Assembly (NCBI GenBank): GCA_028534125.1
Contig: CM052818.1
Coordinates: forward strand, 39,186,001 to 39,250,000
Length of the DNA stretch: 64,000 nucleotides
Reading direction: 5' to 3'
Origin: Lama glama
Taxonomy: Eukaryota
The translations under genes were made by a program, and so were the position numbers. The notes beneath the pieces were generated by a model. That model saw nothing but the letters and a program-made list of their open reading frames with translations, had not been told where the DNA came from and made no database searches. Positions 13,791 through 26,384 of this stretch are shown here, in pieces. The stretch's first letter is position 1. Each line of letters starts with the position of its first letter.

Positions 13791-15746
13791 ATAATTCATT
13801 CACCTTCCATTGAAAGTAGTTCCTGGGGAGGAAGGGGAGGGTGAGGTGCTATCTCAGGGGGCAGTCACAGGGAGGGGCCTTCCTCTGGGTAATGGCTAAG
13901 CTGTCAAAATGGCCAGCAGCACCCCTAGTTTTGTGGGCTCATCTTCAGAAACCCTTCTCTCCTTGGGCCTTTAGCATCTAAGACCTGATTCCCGCCACAA
14001 CAGCCTCAGCTGGGCCCCATGGTGGGGGAGGCCCTCCCCAGACGAGCCCCAGCCAGCCAGCCTGCCACTTTCCCTGTCCTCCCTGTGCCCAGACCCACTG
14101 GCTCTGGTTCTGTCTTGGGCAGAGGGGACCAAGGATGAAAAGGGAGGCTCCAGGGTGGATTATTCCATGGATTCAGGGGCCGCTTGCCAAGGCCCAGGAT
14201 GCATTAGAAATCCTTCATGGTCTCTGTTGAGGAGTTTACAAACAGCCAGATCTGGATTCATAAAGTGGCTCCAACATTTACTATCACAACACAATGAGAA
14301 ATCTGTGTAACGTCTCTGAGCCTTGGTTGTTCTCACCCACAAAATGGTTTATTGTAAGGGGTGGATACTGAGAATAAGGCATTGGTGGTGTGCCTACTAC
14401 ATAATAGATGCTCAATCAATGGTGGTGGTTGTTATTAATGTTTCTTTCTTTAGAGCTGGCTATTCTGTGTGGAGTCATCTCCCCAGACTTTAGGACACTC
14501 CTGGGTTTCACTGCTGCTCTGTACTGAAAATTCCCAGGTGAGGAGCTGAGATCAGGGGCAATTCACTCATTAAGGGAACTCCCTATGGGATGAGGAAGGC
14601 CCACAGTGGGATGAGCTTCTGCAGGGGCAGGAGAGGCACCCCAGAGGCAGACACCTACATCCCAGGCGGGTAGCTGAGGCCACCTCCCGCAGGGATCAGA
14701 GCCCTGCCCCTTCCTTGGCCCGGCCCCTCTGCTCACGCGCAGCCTCACTGCAAGGCCCCAGTGAGCAGAAAGTTCTTACAGGAGTTTGAGTCTCAAGGGT
14801 GTGTTGAAAGCATGCTCTGCTCTGTGGCCCTTCTGAAAGTCCTGCCCTGCCACTCCCTGTTCAGGCTGGAAGGGGCCTAGAGCAGCATCAGGTTGGTCTG
14901 CATGGGAGGGCCTGGGATGCTGGGGTTAGGAGGGCACTGTGCTTCCTGCAACAGGGGCAGGGAGCTGGAGGGAAGAGAGCAGAAGGAAGCTAGCAGCCAG
15001 CTGGGTCAGGGAGTCCCGGGGAAAGCGACCAGACCGGCTTGGGTAGCGGTCTTTCCCCCATCCTGTGGCGTGTGCTCCACACCTTAGGAGCCACCCCTTA
15101 GCAGGGCCTGATAGACCGGATCATGGGTGGATACTGAGCCCACCCGGAGGCTGGACATAGGTCTCTTGGGAGCCAGGCCCCAGCACACTTGTGCTCTCCA
15201 GTGGGAAAACTCCCAGCTGGTTTGACTGGATTTCCGGAGCTCCCAGGCTTGGGACTGAGACCTCAGAAAGAGAAGCTGGGAGAAGATGGGGGACATTTCT
15301 TAAGGCTCTGGCTGACTCAGGAACTTCAAAAGCAAAATTACCCTTGCTTTGTTTGCATAAAAATATCTGGTAAGGGGAGGATTTAAGATCTGTCTTCTGG
15401 GACAAGGTCAAGGGTCTGCAAGATTTCCAGCAAATGGATCCGTCCCAGAGGAGACCAGGCATTCCCACTCACATGCCCCAGCAGCTTTGCTGGTCACAGC
15501 ATGGCTGCAAATTACATGTTATTAGAACAGTCCAGATGATGAAGTCAGTGCAGCCCTAATCCTATTTATTTCAATGACAGCTTTGGCAGAGTGGTAAATC
15601 TTGCTGCCAACCATGTCTCTTGTGGCCGGTTCCCTGAAGGAGCTACTGTTGGACGTGACTACAGGGAGAGGTCCTTGTTAGAGCCTCAATTTGCCATTCT
15701 TCACCTTTTTCCTTCAAATGGAAAAGTCTTCCGGGAAATCCTGCCA

Positions 15747-16175
15747 TGTGGCAGGTGGTAATTTTCAAAGATGGCCTCAGTACATCCTATGTTCCATGTT
15801 CTTTTTGACACTCCTCCCCTTGAGTAGTAATCTACGTCCCTCTCCTTGAGCCTAGGTGGGACTTTGTGACTGCCGTGATGAGTGGAAGTCACTGCAGAAA
15901 AGACACATATGTGAGTTCTGCAGCTAGACCAGAAAAATGCCATGTACCTCCACTTTATTTTCTAGGGACTCTTGCTCCTGGAATCCAGTTGCCATGCTGT
16001 GAGGAAGCCTAGGACACATGGAGAATCCACATGTAGATGTTCTGGTCCACAGCTCCCATGAGCTCTCACTGGCATCAGACACCAGTCATATGAGTGAGGA
16101 GACTTTTTAGATGACTCTAGGACCAGCCAGCGTCCGAATGCAACTAGATGAAGGGCCCTGAATGAGAACCACTCG
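15747..16175 (+). mobile_element. MaLR LTR, MLT1G/H-like (3' truncated)
   Basis: Starts TGTGGCAGGTGGTAATTTTCAAAGATGGCC and contains GCCATGCTGTGAGGAAGCC and ATGAGTGAGGAGACT. Confidence 0.75.
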
Positions 16176-16377
16176 GTTCCTGGAACGGCCGGAAGTGTGA
16201 GACTAAGTACTCCGTCCTCCCAAACTTCCCTTCTCGGGTTCTGAAAATGTAACGTCTGGGTGATTTGATCTCTTCAAGCGGGAGTTTAAAGCAGGAACTC
16301 TAGTTTTCAGAAGCAGTAAGACTACTCTTACCCACATTCCCAAGGAAGTAATTCTCTTGACATTTCTACTGAGAGAG

Positions 16378-16880
16378 GCAGTTAAGATGTCGCGGAAAGA
16401 TCATGACTCAAATGTCAGGGAGACCCCAGTGTCTTAGTCTGTTCAGGATAAGAAAATACCAGAGACTGAGCAGCTTATAAGCAACAGACATTTATTTCTC
16501 ACAGTCCTGGAGGCTGGGAAGTCCAAGATCATGGCACCAGCAGATTTGTTGTTGGGTGAGGGCCCCCCTCTGATTGATAGCTGGTACCTTCTAGGGGAAT
16601 CGCACATACTGCATGTGGTGGAAGGGACAAGGTAGGTCTCGGGCATCTCTTTCATAAAAGAATTAATCCTTTTCGTAAGGCTCTGCCCTCGTGACCTAAT
16701 ACTTCCCCAAAGGCCCCTTTTCCTAACACTCCACCTTGCGGGGGACACACATTCAGCCCATAGCACCCAGGTACCAATCCCAATTCTGCTACCCTCTGGC
16801 ACTCTGTCCTGGAGTCAGTCACTACATCTCTGTTTCAGGAGCCTCAGCTACAAGATGGGAAAGCTTATACCTACCTTAGT
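16378..16880 (+). mobile_element. MIR split by an MLT1A LTR
   Basis: MIR-like sequence on both sides of 16430-16765 (AAAGATCATGACTC...CCCAG | GTACCAATCCCAATTCTGCTAC...CAGCTACAAGATGGGA). Confidence 0.55.
16430..16765 (-). mobile_element. MaLR solo LTR, MLT1A-like
   Basis: Reads TGTCTTAGTC...CATTTATTTCTCACAGTCCTGGAGGCTGGGAAGTCCAAGATCA...CCATAGCA. Perfect 5-bp TSD CCCAG at 16425-16429 and 16766-16770. Confidence 0.9.
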
Positions 16881-16999
16881 ACCTTGGTAGGACAATTCAA
16901 GGTTCTTTATAACCAGTCTTATTGTTAAAAATAGAGTTTGAGGCAGATGATGGGGATGATCTCTGTAAATTGCCTTGTGTTGGCAATAACAACCGATAT

Positions 17000-17235
17000 T
17001 TGTCAAATGCTTGCTCAGTCCCAGGCACAATTTTAAGCATTTTGCATGTACTTTCTTGATAGTCACAACAACGCTGTGAGTTAAGTATTGCTATTATCTG
17101 CATTTTACAGATAGGGAAAACCAAGGCACAGAGAGATTAAGTAACTTTCCCAAGACCACACAGCTAGTAGGTATCAGAGCTGGAATTTGAACCCAGGAAG
17201 TTTGACCCTAGAGCCCACTAAGTCATACTGTCTCT
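17000..17235 (-). mobile_element. MIR
   Basis: CATTTTACAGATAGGGAAAACCAAGGCACAGAGAGATTAAGTAACTTTCCCAAGACCACACAGCTAGTA...GGAATTTGAACCCAGG. Confidence 0.85.
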
Positions 17236-20200
17236 TGGTAAATGGTTAACTCTGAGTTAGAGGAGCTGATGGCATATGTCCAGCCTATTCTCTTCCTGAG
17301 GAACCAATCTGATCTGAAGAGCTCCAGGCCTTAAACCAAAGTGATATTAATGGTGAGATGCCCAGTGCTGAGATATGCTAGTGGAAGGGATGCAGTGTGG
17401 GTGAGTCATGTCCAGTGGCCCTGGGCTGCTGGGGTAGGGGGGATTAGCAACAGACCAGGAGGGAAGGAGACAGCTGAGGAAGAGAACATTTTCAATATGA
17501 GGACAGTAACATCCATCTGGAGCCCTCGGGGGGCTGAGTCATCCTGGAGAGACGGGAAGAAGTGGAGCTGGTGGACGTGTCAAGGACACGACATTGATCC
17601 TGGCATTTTTACTTAGACCCTGGGACCCTCAGTGAGTCACTTTCCCTCATCTCTAAAGCGGTGATAAATTGTGCAGCTCCCAAATGGGAGCACGTGTACA
17701 AAGGACTTAGGAAATCAGACATGGAAGCTACTGCTCGGTTTTCTATTTAACAAAGTCTTCTTTTAAGCCTCCTAAAATAAGTTCTGTTTTGGAGGGAAAC
17801 TAACTAACTTAAAATGAATAAGGTGCTTCCTCAACTTCTTAAACAGGGTCATTTGAATATCAGTTAACTTTTCTTCGTGACTCAAGGTTAATCATTATGA
17901 ACCTCCGTGTCCAGGTTGAGCTGCACAGTGACGCTGGGCTTAGAGGGCACGGCTGGTCTGGGTGTGGCTCTGCGCCCCTGCCGGATGGCCCCGGGCTGCT
18001 GGGCTTGCAGAGTCCCGCTGAGAGATCACCAGTCTCATCCCTTACTACTACTGCGGCTGTCAGCTGTCACCTCCCCTGCTGTCAGAATGTCAGCCCAAAG
18101 CAGTTTAATGACACTTTGATTTGTGCTCCTAATCTGTTGTGATTTACAAACCAGATGCCCACATTTGTCAGAAATGTTCATAAAAGCAGGGATTCCTGAG
18201 TACATAGCACCAAAGGGTTCAACTGGGTGTAAAGTGCATAAGCATCAATGCACAGTTTATGACATCGGTTTTGACTGCTCAGAGACCCTGGATGCTTCCT
18301 TCAATTATATCAACAGCTCCAGGTGGGGGAGGTGTTGCTGTAGCTGGTGACCTGTCAATGATCCTCTTTATTTAGCTCTTTAATTTTTAAATTATTATTA
18401 TTATTTTTACATTGAACTGTTTCACTTCCTTCCTGTAATCAGCGTTTGCTGTCATTTACAAAAACTTCACCACTGCACTTACAGTCCCACAGCCTCAATC
18501 CATGCCTCACCTCCAAACCTTTATCCAGCCTCCTAAGGCTACACTTGGCAAGCACCTTCTGAGTTCCCCTCTGTGCCCAGCACCCAGCCAGGCACTCAGT
18601 GGGGCATGCTGGGGCAGACAGAGCCATGGCCTGACTTCCAAGAGCTCTCAGTCTGGCTGAGCAGGCAAGATCCACACACAGAAACAGTTAGGGAACACAC
18701 AGGAAGGCCGGAGGTAGAGGCTGGCTGGCAGTGGCCCCATGTGGCCAGTATGTTAGTGCAAAGGGCAGCCGGAAGGGAAGGCTTCTGGGAGTTTCAGGGA
18801 AGGCTGTGAGGAGGCCGGCAGTGACACAGGCTGGAGGGACAGCTAATACGGAGCAATGCTCAGGTTCCAAAAAATGCTGGCAGATCTGCAGGGCAGGCAA
18901 CACTTACGCTGGGTTCCTGGAGAGAAATGAGGGGTGGATAGGTTGGGAAGCATGCTTGGATCCCCTCAGGATTGGCTGATGGAGAACTCAGGGCCGCTTT
19001 CTGGGAGATTTGGGGCTAGGCATGGGGTGGCAGAAAACCAGGAAACTAACAGCAAGCAGAAGGCATCTGGGCAGAGACAGGAAATCAAAGTCCAGGCTTG
19101 AGAAGCCAAGTGTGAAGGCAGCATGGGAGGTAAGGAGGCGGGACTGAGACGTCGCCGCCCGATGGGGGAGGAGTGCTGGAGCTGCCCCTGCATCCCAGGC
19201 TGAGCTCAGGCAGCGCTAGCTCAAAGCCAGGGGAGCCTGCAGGCACCCAGGTTCTCCAAGGTTCTGGCTGGAGCTCCGAGTCACTCCAGCCTGTTGTAAT
19301 GGCAATTATCAAAGTGGAATGTAAACAGGAAGCCTCTCATTCAATCACCTCGAAACCAGTTTCAAGCAATATTAACTGAGAACACACACTCCCTCTCTCC
19401 CTCCCTCCCTCCCTCACACACCTCAAGCACCACGCAGCAAAGGAAAGTTTCCTTCTTTTCCAGTCTGTAGGCAGTAGGGTACACACCTGCACATGTGCAA
19501 GGAGAGCTGAGAAGCCAGTCCTCCTCTCCCCTCCTTAGCCCCCTCCACCAACAAAGCAAGCTGGTTACAGGGCAGAGATGACCTGGGAAATTGCAGTGCT
19601 CAAAAATCCCAAGGAAGGCTCGGGAAAAGTTGCAGGAGGTTCCTTGTGCTTCCCCGGACATGGTTGAAACTCAGATCATCAGGGCACCATATATGCCTGG
19701 CTTTGCTCAGCCTGCCTGGCTCCCGGCCCACAGTGCTCTGAGGTCCTAGGGGACGACGCACAACACCTGCAGGGTGGTGGCCCCTGCGGGGGTTCTGGCA
19801 AAGGCAAGGTCACTGTGGAGTTCTGGCCCTTGTCCTAGAGAGCCCAGGAGTGGAGCAGGGGCGCCTGTATGCCCACATTTCACCCTAAAAATCCTACCTT
19901 CATCTTCTATTAAGTCCCCTCAGTAGCATCTCTAGTTTCTTCAGATGAGGCCACCCAGGCCTAGACCAGGGCAGCTGCTCTTCTGGGGTCAAATAGCTGC
20001 CAAGTGGCAAAGCACACGCCCTGCAGCTTTCAGGCCCAAGATGACATGAAGAGGCTACTGATGGCAATTGTCACTGGAAACGTACAGAGGCCTCTGCTTT
20101 CCAGAAAGGAACCACAAGATGTGAGGACTCTTAGTCAACCTGCCCGTCACCAGCTGGGTACCACCCAGGGAGGACCCCCCATCTCAGAGGCTCTGCCTCC

Positions 20201-20239
20201 TCCCGGTATCCTGCTGGTCCAAGCCGGCCCTTCCCAGAG

Positions 20240-20770
20240 GGAGGCGCCCAGAGTCAGCAGGAGAGCGCGGAGCATCCCGAGGGCCGGGGTGCAGAGGCAG
20301 CGCGGGTCGCGCGTTCCCGCCCAGCGCGCCCCACCATGCGGCTGGAGCGGGAACTGCGGGTGCGGGGCGACGGGCAGCGAGCCCCTCACCGGCCCCGCCA
20401 GGCCCCGCTGCGTCCCAGGCCACCGACCTCTCCACTCCGTAGGGTTGATCGTCACAGAACATCACCAGGTACAAGGAGTCAGCTTCCTTCCCGCAGCATG
20501 CCCTGCGTCAAATTCAGAGCGAAAAGACAGAATGGACCTGGAGTGACTGATACCAAATAGAGGCAGGGGCAGGAGAGGCGTGTTCAGGAGGGAATGACAC
20601 CAGAGACCCAGGAGGACCCATCTCAGGGCACAGGAGACTTCCAGGGGGGAAGAAGAACAAGAATGGGTCAAAGGTTGAAGGGGCGAGGTCCCAATGTCCG
20701 TAGCAGGACCACTGGCGGGGCAGGGTCGGGGAGGCCCTCCAGCGCCTCACTGAGGAGCGGGGACTTTTCC
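20240..20770. promoter_or_regulatory. Orphan CpG island
   Basis: Dense CpG and GC content (for example GCAGCGCGGGTCGCGCGTTCCCGCCCAGCGCGCC) in CpG-depleted surroundings, with GC-box-like GGGGCG motifs. No recognisable gene attached. Confidence 0.7.
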
Positions 20771-21749
20771 TGGAGCTTGTTGTTTCTCAAACGAAGTAGA
20801 GGTGGCACCCCTGCTTCCAGAGACATTTCATGATATGCAAGGAAATCCAGAAATCACATGATAAATGGGACTTGCCTTTCTTGGGTTTTCTTGAAAGTAA
20901 CATAATTGAATACATAAATTTAAATGTTGAAAAATGGTTATCCTATGGAAACTATAATGCGAAATCCCCATGCACTTAAAGGAGAAACATGAGACTTCCA
21001 CTGCCTTTGAGCTGGGGTGGGCTGCTTCAGGATGTGCCCCCAGGAATGGAGTCACGGTTCTGTCCACCTGCCCTGAGAATGCATCTGTGGAAATGTGGGA
21101 AAAGTGCCGAGAAGGGAGGAGGCCAGGTGGCACTGGACAAAGATCACTGGCTGCTCCAATGGGGGAGAAAAGCCAGGAGTCCAGAAAGGAAGTGGGTTGC
21201 TATCAGGTCCTCTGTTTTGACCTCAGGGCTCCCTGAAAGGGGCTTGGGAGCCCCCAAGATGTCTCAGACCACTTTGAGAACTGCTGAATTAAGAATATGG
21301 TCATGTGAGCCACATACCTGGATACTGATCTGGAAACTTAACATTAAAAAAAAAATCTATCTATGGAGTTCAGTTTCCCTTTTCTTTGTTTATCCAAAGA
21401 TCTGCATTGAGACAGGCAAGGGTCATCCTTGGATGTCTGCTGAATCAGCAGACTGTAACAGGATTCTTGGTCATTTGTTAAAGGATTCATTCAATGTAAC
21501 AAAAAAACATACTTGTAGGTACAGTCTTGTTCTCATTTACAAATCATTTCCCAGTACAGGGACATAAACAGAGTTATGGGACCTTAGAGCTAGTAGGACC
21601 CTGAGAATTCTAGTCCAAACCTCTCATTTTAAAGATGGAGAAGTTACAGTCCAGCTAATTGGATTCAACCCAATTCAGCAAGCATCGAGCACCTACCACA
21701 TAGCAAGTAAAATCAAGCAGAGTAAGATGCCAAGGACTGACGGATGGAG

Positions 21750-22280
21750 TGTTATATTAAATAGGGTGTCCAGGGAAATTCTCTCTAAAAGGGGACTTTT
21801 CAACAAGGGCCTCAAGGAAATGAAAAATAAGTCATGTGATATTTGGAGAAGAGATTCTTGGCAGAGAGAAATAAGTGCAAAGGTCCTGAGGTCAGAGGAT
21901 GTCTGGCATGTTGAAGAAACAGGAAGCAACCAGTGTGGCTGGGACATGCAGTGGTGAGAGGTAGGAGCTGAGCTCAGAGAGGGGACAGGACAAGTCCTAT
22001 AGGGCCTTGAAGACCACTGTAAGGACTTGAGTTTTGTTCTGAGAGGGGAAGCCATTAGAGGGTTTTAAGCAGAGCCATCACATAACCTGACTTAGAACTT
22101 AATTCTCATCACTGGAGAGTAGACCAGGGCTGGAGGGCTGGGGGGAAGAAGAGAGATGGGTTAGGAGGCTCCTGCATTAAGTCAGACAAAGGATGATGAT
22201 GGCTGGGCCAAGGGTGATAACAGAACAGATGTGAGAAGTGGTCAGAGACTGGAAACATTTGGAAGGTCAAGTCCTCCTGA
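21750..22280 (-). mobile_element. L2a fragment
   Basis: AAGTGCAAAGGTCCTGAGG...CAGTGTGGCTGG...CCACTGTAAGGACTTGAGTTTT...GGAAGCCATTAGAGGGTTTTAAGCAG. Confidence 0.85.
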
Positions 22281-22959
22281 AAGGAACTCGCCCAGGTCAT
22301 GCACACTTAGGAAATGGTACAGCTGTGGTTTAGGGCTACTGATTCTCTCTCTGGCCAAGACCTCAGTACTTTGCATATATTGTCTGTAAGTCTTACCACC
22401 ACTGGAGAGGTAGGTTTCTATTTTACAGATGGAAAAACTACAGTTGAGAAGGTCAAAGAGACCTCCTCAAGGTCACCCAGTTAGTAAGTGGCTGTCTCAG
22501 AACCACACTAGCCAGACTCCAGAACCTCATTTGCCAAGGCTCAGGGTATCACTACTGAACACCCAGAAATCTCAAATGGCATTGTCACGGGGCCAGTCTC
22601 AGGGGGCAAAGACTGCAGTGAACACACCCCAAATCTCTTGCCTTACAATGTCCCCCTTGTCCGAAATCCCCATCAGAAGAGATTTCTCTGAGGGGGAAGG
22701 CATTGCAAACCACTGCCAACCATGTGAAAAGAGTGATGAAATCCTGAAGAAGATTAGGGTGGAAGGACTTGAGCAGGCAGCTCAGGGATCCAGAGAGCAG
22801 ACTGTCCAGAACATCGCAGGGGCATGAACCTTGCCCATCTCAGTGCAACCAAGTTTCTTTGGTCAGCAAAGCTTAGGGAACGTGAACGTCATAGTCATTA
22901 ACCTTTTTTTTAGATTCCAGACCCATTCCTAGGCCTGTGGCTCATGTGACCATATTCTT

Positions 22960-23430
22960 AATTCGGGACTTCCTGAAATGGTCTGCGGCCCCTTAGGGGT
23001 TTCCCAAACCCTTTCAGGGAGTGTGGAGGCCAAAAGTCTTTTCATAATAGTACTAAGATGTTGGCTGCCCTTTTCACTCACTGTCTCACGAGTGTACAGG
23101 GGAGACTATATCACTGTGAGATGACTGGAGATTGAATGCAGAAGCAAATAAAAGAATCTAGCTATTTTCTACTAAGCCAGGCATTTGAGAGATTTGCAAA
23201 AGTGTAAAGCAATGCCACGCTTTTCAGTCTTCTTTTGTTTGTTTTCAAAAGCCCAGTTATTTTTCATTAAAATATTGTTAATATGGGTTTGTTATTGCTA
23301 CTTTAAATGAATTACTAAATAAATAATTTTAAATTCTGAGTTTTAGTTTCTCATAGAGTATAAATCAATAAATATAACCCACATAAACATACTGGGATCC
23401 TCAGTCATTTTTAAGACTGTAAATATGTGT
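22960..23430 (+). mobile_element. hAT-Charlie DNA transposon (Charlie1-like)
   Basis: Contains CCCTTTCAGGGAGT, TTTTCATAATAGTACTAAGATG, TTGAATGCAGAAGCA, GAGATTTGCAAAA and ATAACCCACATAAAC. Homologous, in opposite orientation, to 48615-49350. Confidence 0.75.
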
Positions 23431-24822
23431 AGAATGTAAAGGGACAAATCATTCAGACTGGCTGTAAGAGTCACACTCAGAAACCCAGATGCTGCTGCTG
23501 CAATCAGCCAAAGCCTGTGTTTCGTCTCTGAGCACATAAAGTGGTCTGAGTGGCAAGCTGGGAAGGAGACAAAGCAGGGAGGAGAGAAATGCCGAGAACT
23601 GTGTTGCTGCTGCGAAGACCAGGTTGACATTACACTGTAGTAACACGTGAGGGCACCCTTACCAACCAGCAGATTTTATGCAGCGCTGGGTACTGGGCTT
23701 ACCAGTCAGGAAGGCACAACATCATGCATCTGATTTTGTGCCTCCAGCAGTGGCTGCTGAAACACCAGCCTCCCGTGGAGTCCCGGTAAGGATGGAAGGA
23801 CACTTTACTGCCTGGAGCCCCAGAGAAGCCACAGTGCTATGGTGGGCCACCCAGGCAAGGTGATATCTGATGCTTTGTGATGTCACAGGCTGTTTTTCTT
23901 GGGTTTTGTTTCTGTTCTGTTCCTGTGGTTACCCACACCTGAGACAGGTTCATAGCAGCAAATTTCACCTAGTCTTTGGAGGGAAGCAGCACCAGGAAGA
24001 GGACAGGCTGGGGTCGGAGATCTGGCTTCCAGACATGTCTTCTTGAGTGCCCTGGGCCACAGGTTTGCACTTTTCAAAGGGCTCCTCCTCTCGGGCTCAG
24101 AGGGCTGTTTTGATAATCAGATGGCACAACAATGCAATGGGCATCGTCAACCTTAAGATTCTAATGTGAAAGCGTGGGTATTTATGCAATTCTCTTATCT
24201 CTCTCACTTTGTGGTGTGGGTGGTGAGCAACGGCAGGTGTTTAGTAGGGAAAAGGCAGACTCTGGTGCCTGAGAAGCCATCCTAGGGAGGTGCCAGGGAC
24301 AGAGGGCAGGGGGCGGGAGAGTGAGAAACCTCAGAAGCAGAATGGAGGAGGCCTGGCAACTGATTAGATGCGAGAAGGGGAGTTCAGGCAGGAATAGCCT
24401 GGGACCATTTCCAGGGTGTCTGGAGGGGAAGGAGTCATATGTTCTTGGAGATGGAGGTCCTTTTTCTCACAGGCTCCAGCCTCTCTGGGTTTGCTCTGCT
24501 CGTGAAGGTGGTGCAGGCTTTGTGGCTCCAGCTGATGAACACATGCTCCCATAAACATCATGCTAAATAATTCACTAAATGTAAGCAGACAAACACATTT
24601 ATTTTGTCCTCACTTATGGGGACAACCCTGGGACATAAGCAGAGTTATGGTACGTTAGAGTTAGTAGGACCCTGAGAATTCTAGTCCAACTCCCTCATTT
24701 TAAAGATGGAGAAACTGCAGCCCAGATATTCCAGTTTAGCTCCATCTAACAGGCATTGAGCACCTACCAGGTGGCAAATAGAATTAAGCAGAGTAAGATG
24801 CCAGGGACTGATGGATGGCATG

Positions 24823-25181
24823 TACTATGATCTGAATATCTGTGTGTTTCCCCTGAGATGCAGAGGTTGAGGTCCTACCCCCCTGGGTGATGGTATTAGG
24901 AGGTGGGCATCTGGGAGGTGCTTAGGTCATGACAGCGGAGGCCTCATAAATGGAACTAATGCTCTTATTAAAGGAACCTCAGCGAGCTCTCTGGCCTCTT
25001 CCACCATGTGAGGACGCAGGGAGAAGGCAGCAGTTTGCAACCCAGAAGAAGGCTCTCACCAGAACCCAGCAGCACTGTGTGATTTGGGAATTTCAGCCCC
25101 CAGAACTGTGAGAAATAAATGTTGTTTTTAAGCCACCCTGCTGATGGTATTTTGTTATAGCAGCCAGAACACACTAAGACA
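24823..25181 (+). mobile_element. MaLR solo LTR, MLT1A-like
   Basis: GTGATGGTATTAGGAGGTGGG...CCAGAACTGTGAGAAATAAATG...GGTATTTTGTTATAGCAGCC...CTAAGACA. Confidence 0.9.
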
Positions 25182-25479
25182 AGGTGTTATCTTGGATGGG
25201 TTGCCCACTTTTGTCTGCCAAGGTGGGACTCCCATGCTCCCAGGCACCAGGTTGCCATAAAGGACCTCAGGACCACAGAACTCCCTTTCCAAAGTCAGTG
25301 GATGCCTTGACTTCCACTCCAGACAGACGTAATGGGATTTCTTTGCTTATTTTTCTCCCAGGACTTACTTCCCTGGTTATATTCTAGGACCATAAGATCT
25401 GGTCACATTATGGGGAAAATGGTATTTCCATCTACATTCAGAGGGTGTAAAAAGATAAATAAATAAACCCTACTGTCAG

Positions 25480-25900
25480 AGGAAATCATCAATGAAATAT
25501 TTCAAGAAAATTTCCCAGTGCTGAGGGGCAAGTTTCCACACTGAAAGGGACCATTCTAGCAAAGTGAATGAAAAGATACCCACAGCAAAGCAGATCATTG
25601 TGAAATTTCAAAACACTAGGGAAAAAATAAGGATTTAAAAGAAAAATCATGTTGCAGACAAAAGAAGCAGAGATCAAAATGATTTCCTATTTCTCAATAG
25701 CAATCTTTTTTTTAAGACAATGGAGCAATATTTTCAAGATTTTCAAGATTCTAAAGGAAAAAATATTTTTAATCTAGATTTCCTTATCCAGCAAACAATC
25801 AAGTGCAAGGGCAGAATGAATTTTTCAGCTATTCAAGGGTCAATAAATTTAATTCTAATCTCTAATGTACCTTTTCTAGGAAGGTACTGGGGGATATGAC
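25480..25900 (+). mobile_element. Old L1 ORF1-region fragment (L1M-type)
   Basis: AAGAAAATTTCCCAG...CATTGTGAAATTTCAAAACAC...ACAATGGAGCAATATTTTCAAGATTCTAAAGGAAA resembles a degenerate L1 ORF1. Confidence 0.6.
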
Positions 25901-26384
25901 CCAAATATGGGGGTAAAACAAGAAAGAGGAAGGCAAGGGAGCAGTGACCCCAGGAGAGAAATGACAGGAATCTCCCAGTGATGGCTGTGCACAGGCCGCC
26001 AGGGGAATCATCCAGAGAGGAGCAGGGACTTCCCAAGCAGATGACATTGGAAGGTCACTGCAGGCTTCTGAACATCTTGAATGGAGATTTATATACTTGA
26101 CACAAACTCTGGAGTTGAATTAGTGATGAGTCCTTAGAAACCTAAATGAAGCAAAACAAATGTTGATGAGTGAAAGCATCTTTTATAGTGAAGATTCAAT
26201 GAATGACATGTAACATTAGAAAATCAAATAGGATTAATATATGTGTAGTATGTAGAGCTATGATGGTAAATACTTAAAGAATGAGCTGAAAACTTGGAAA
26301 GGAGGAAAAAGTGAGAGCTGGGCCTGGGGATAAGTGCCTTTAAACCTTGATTGCATATAACTGATAAAAATTCAAACAGAAGGT

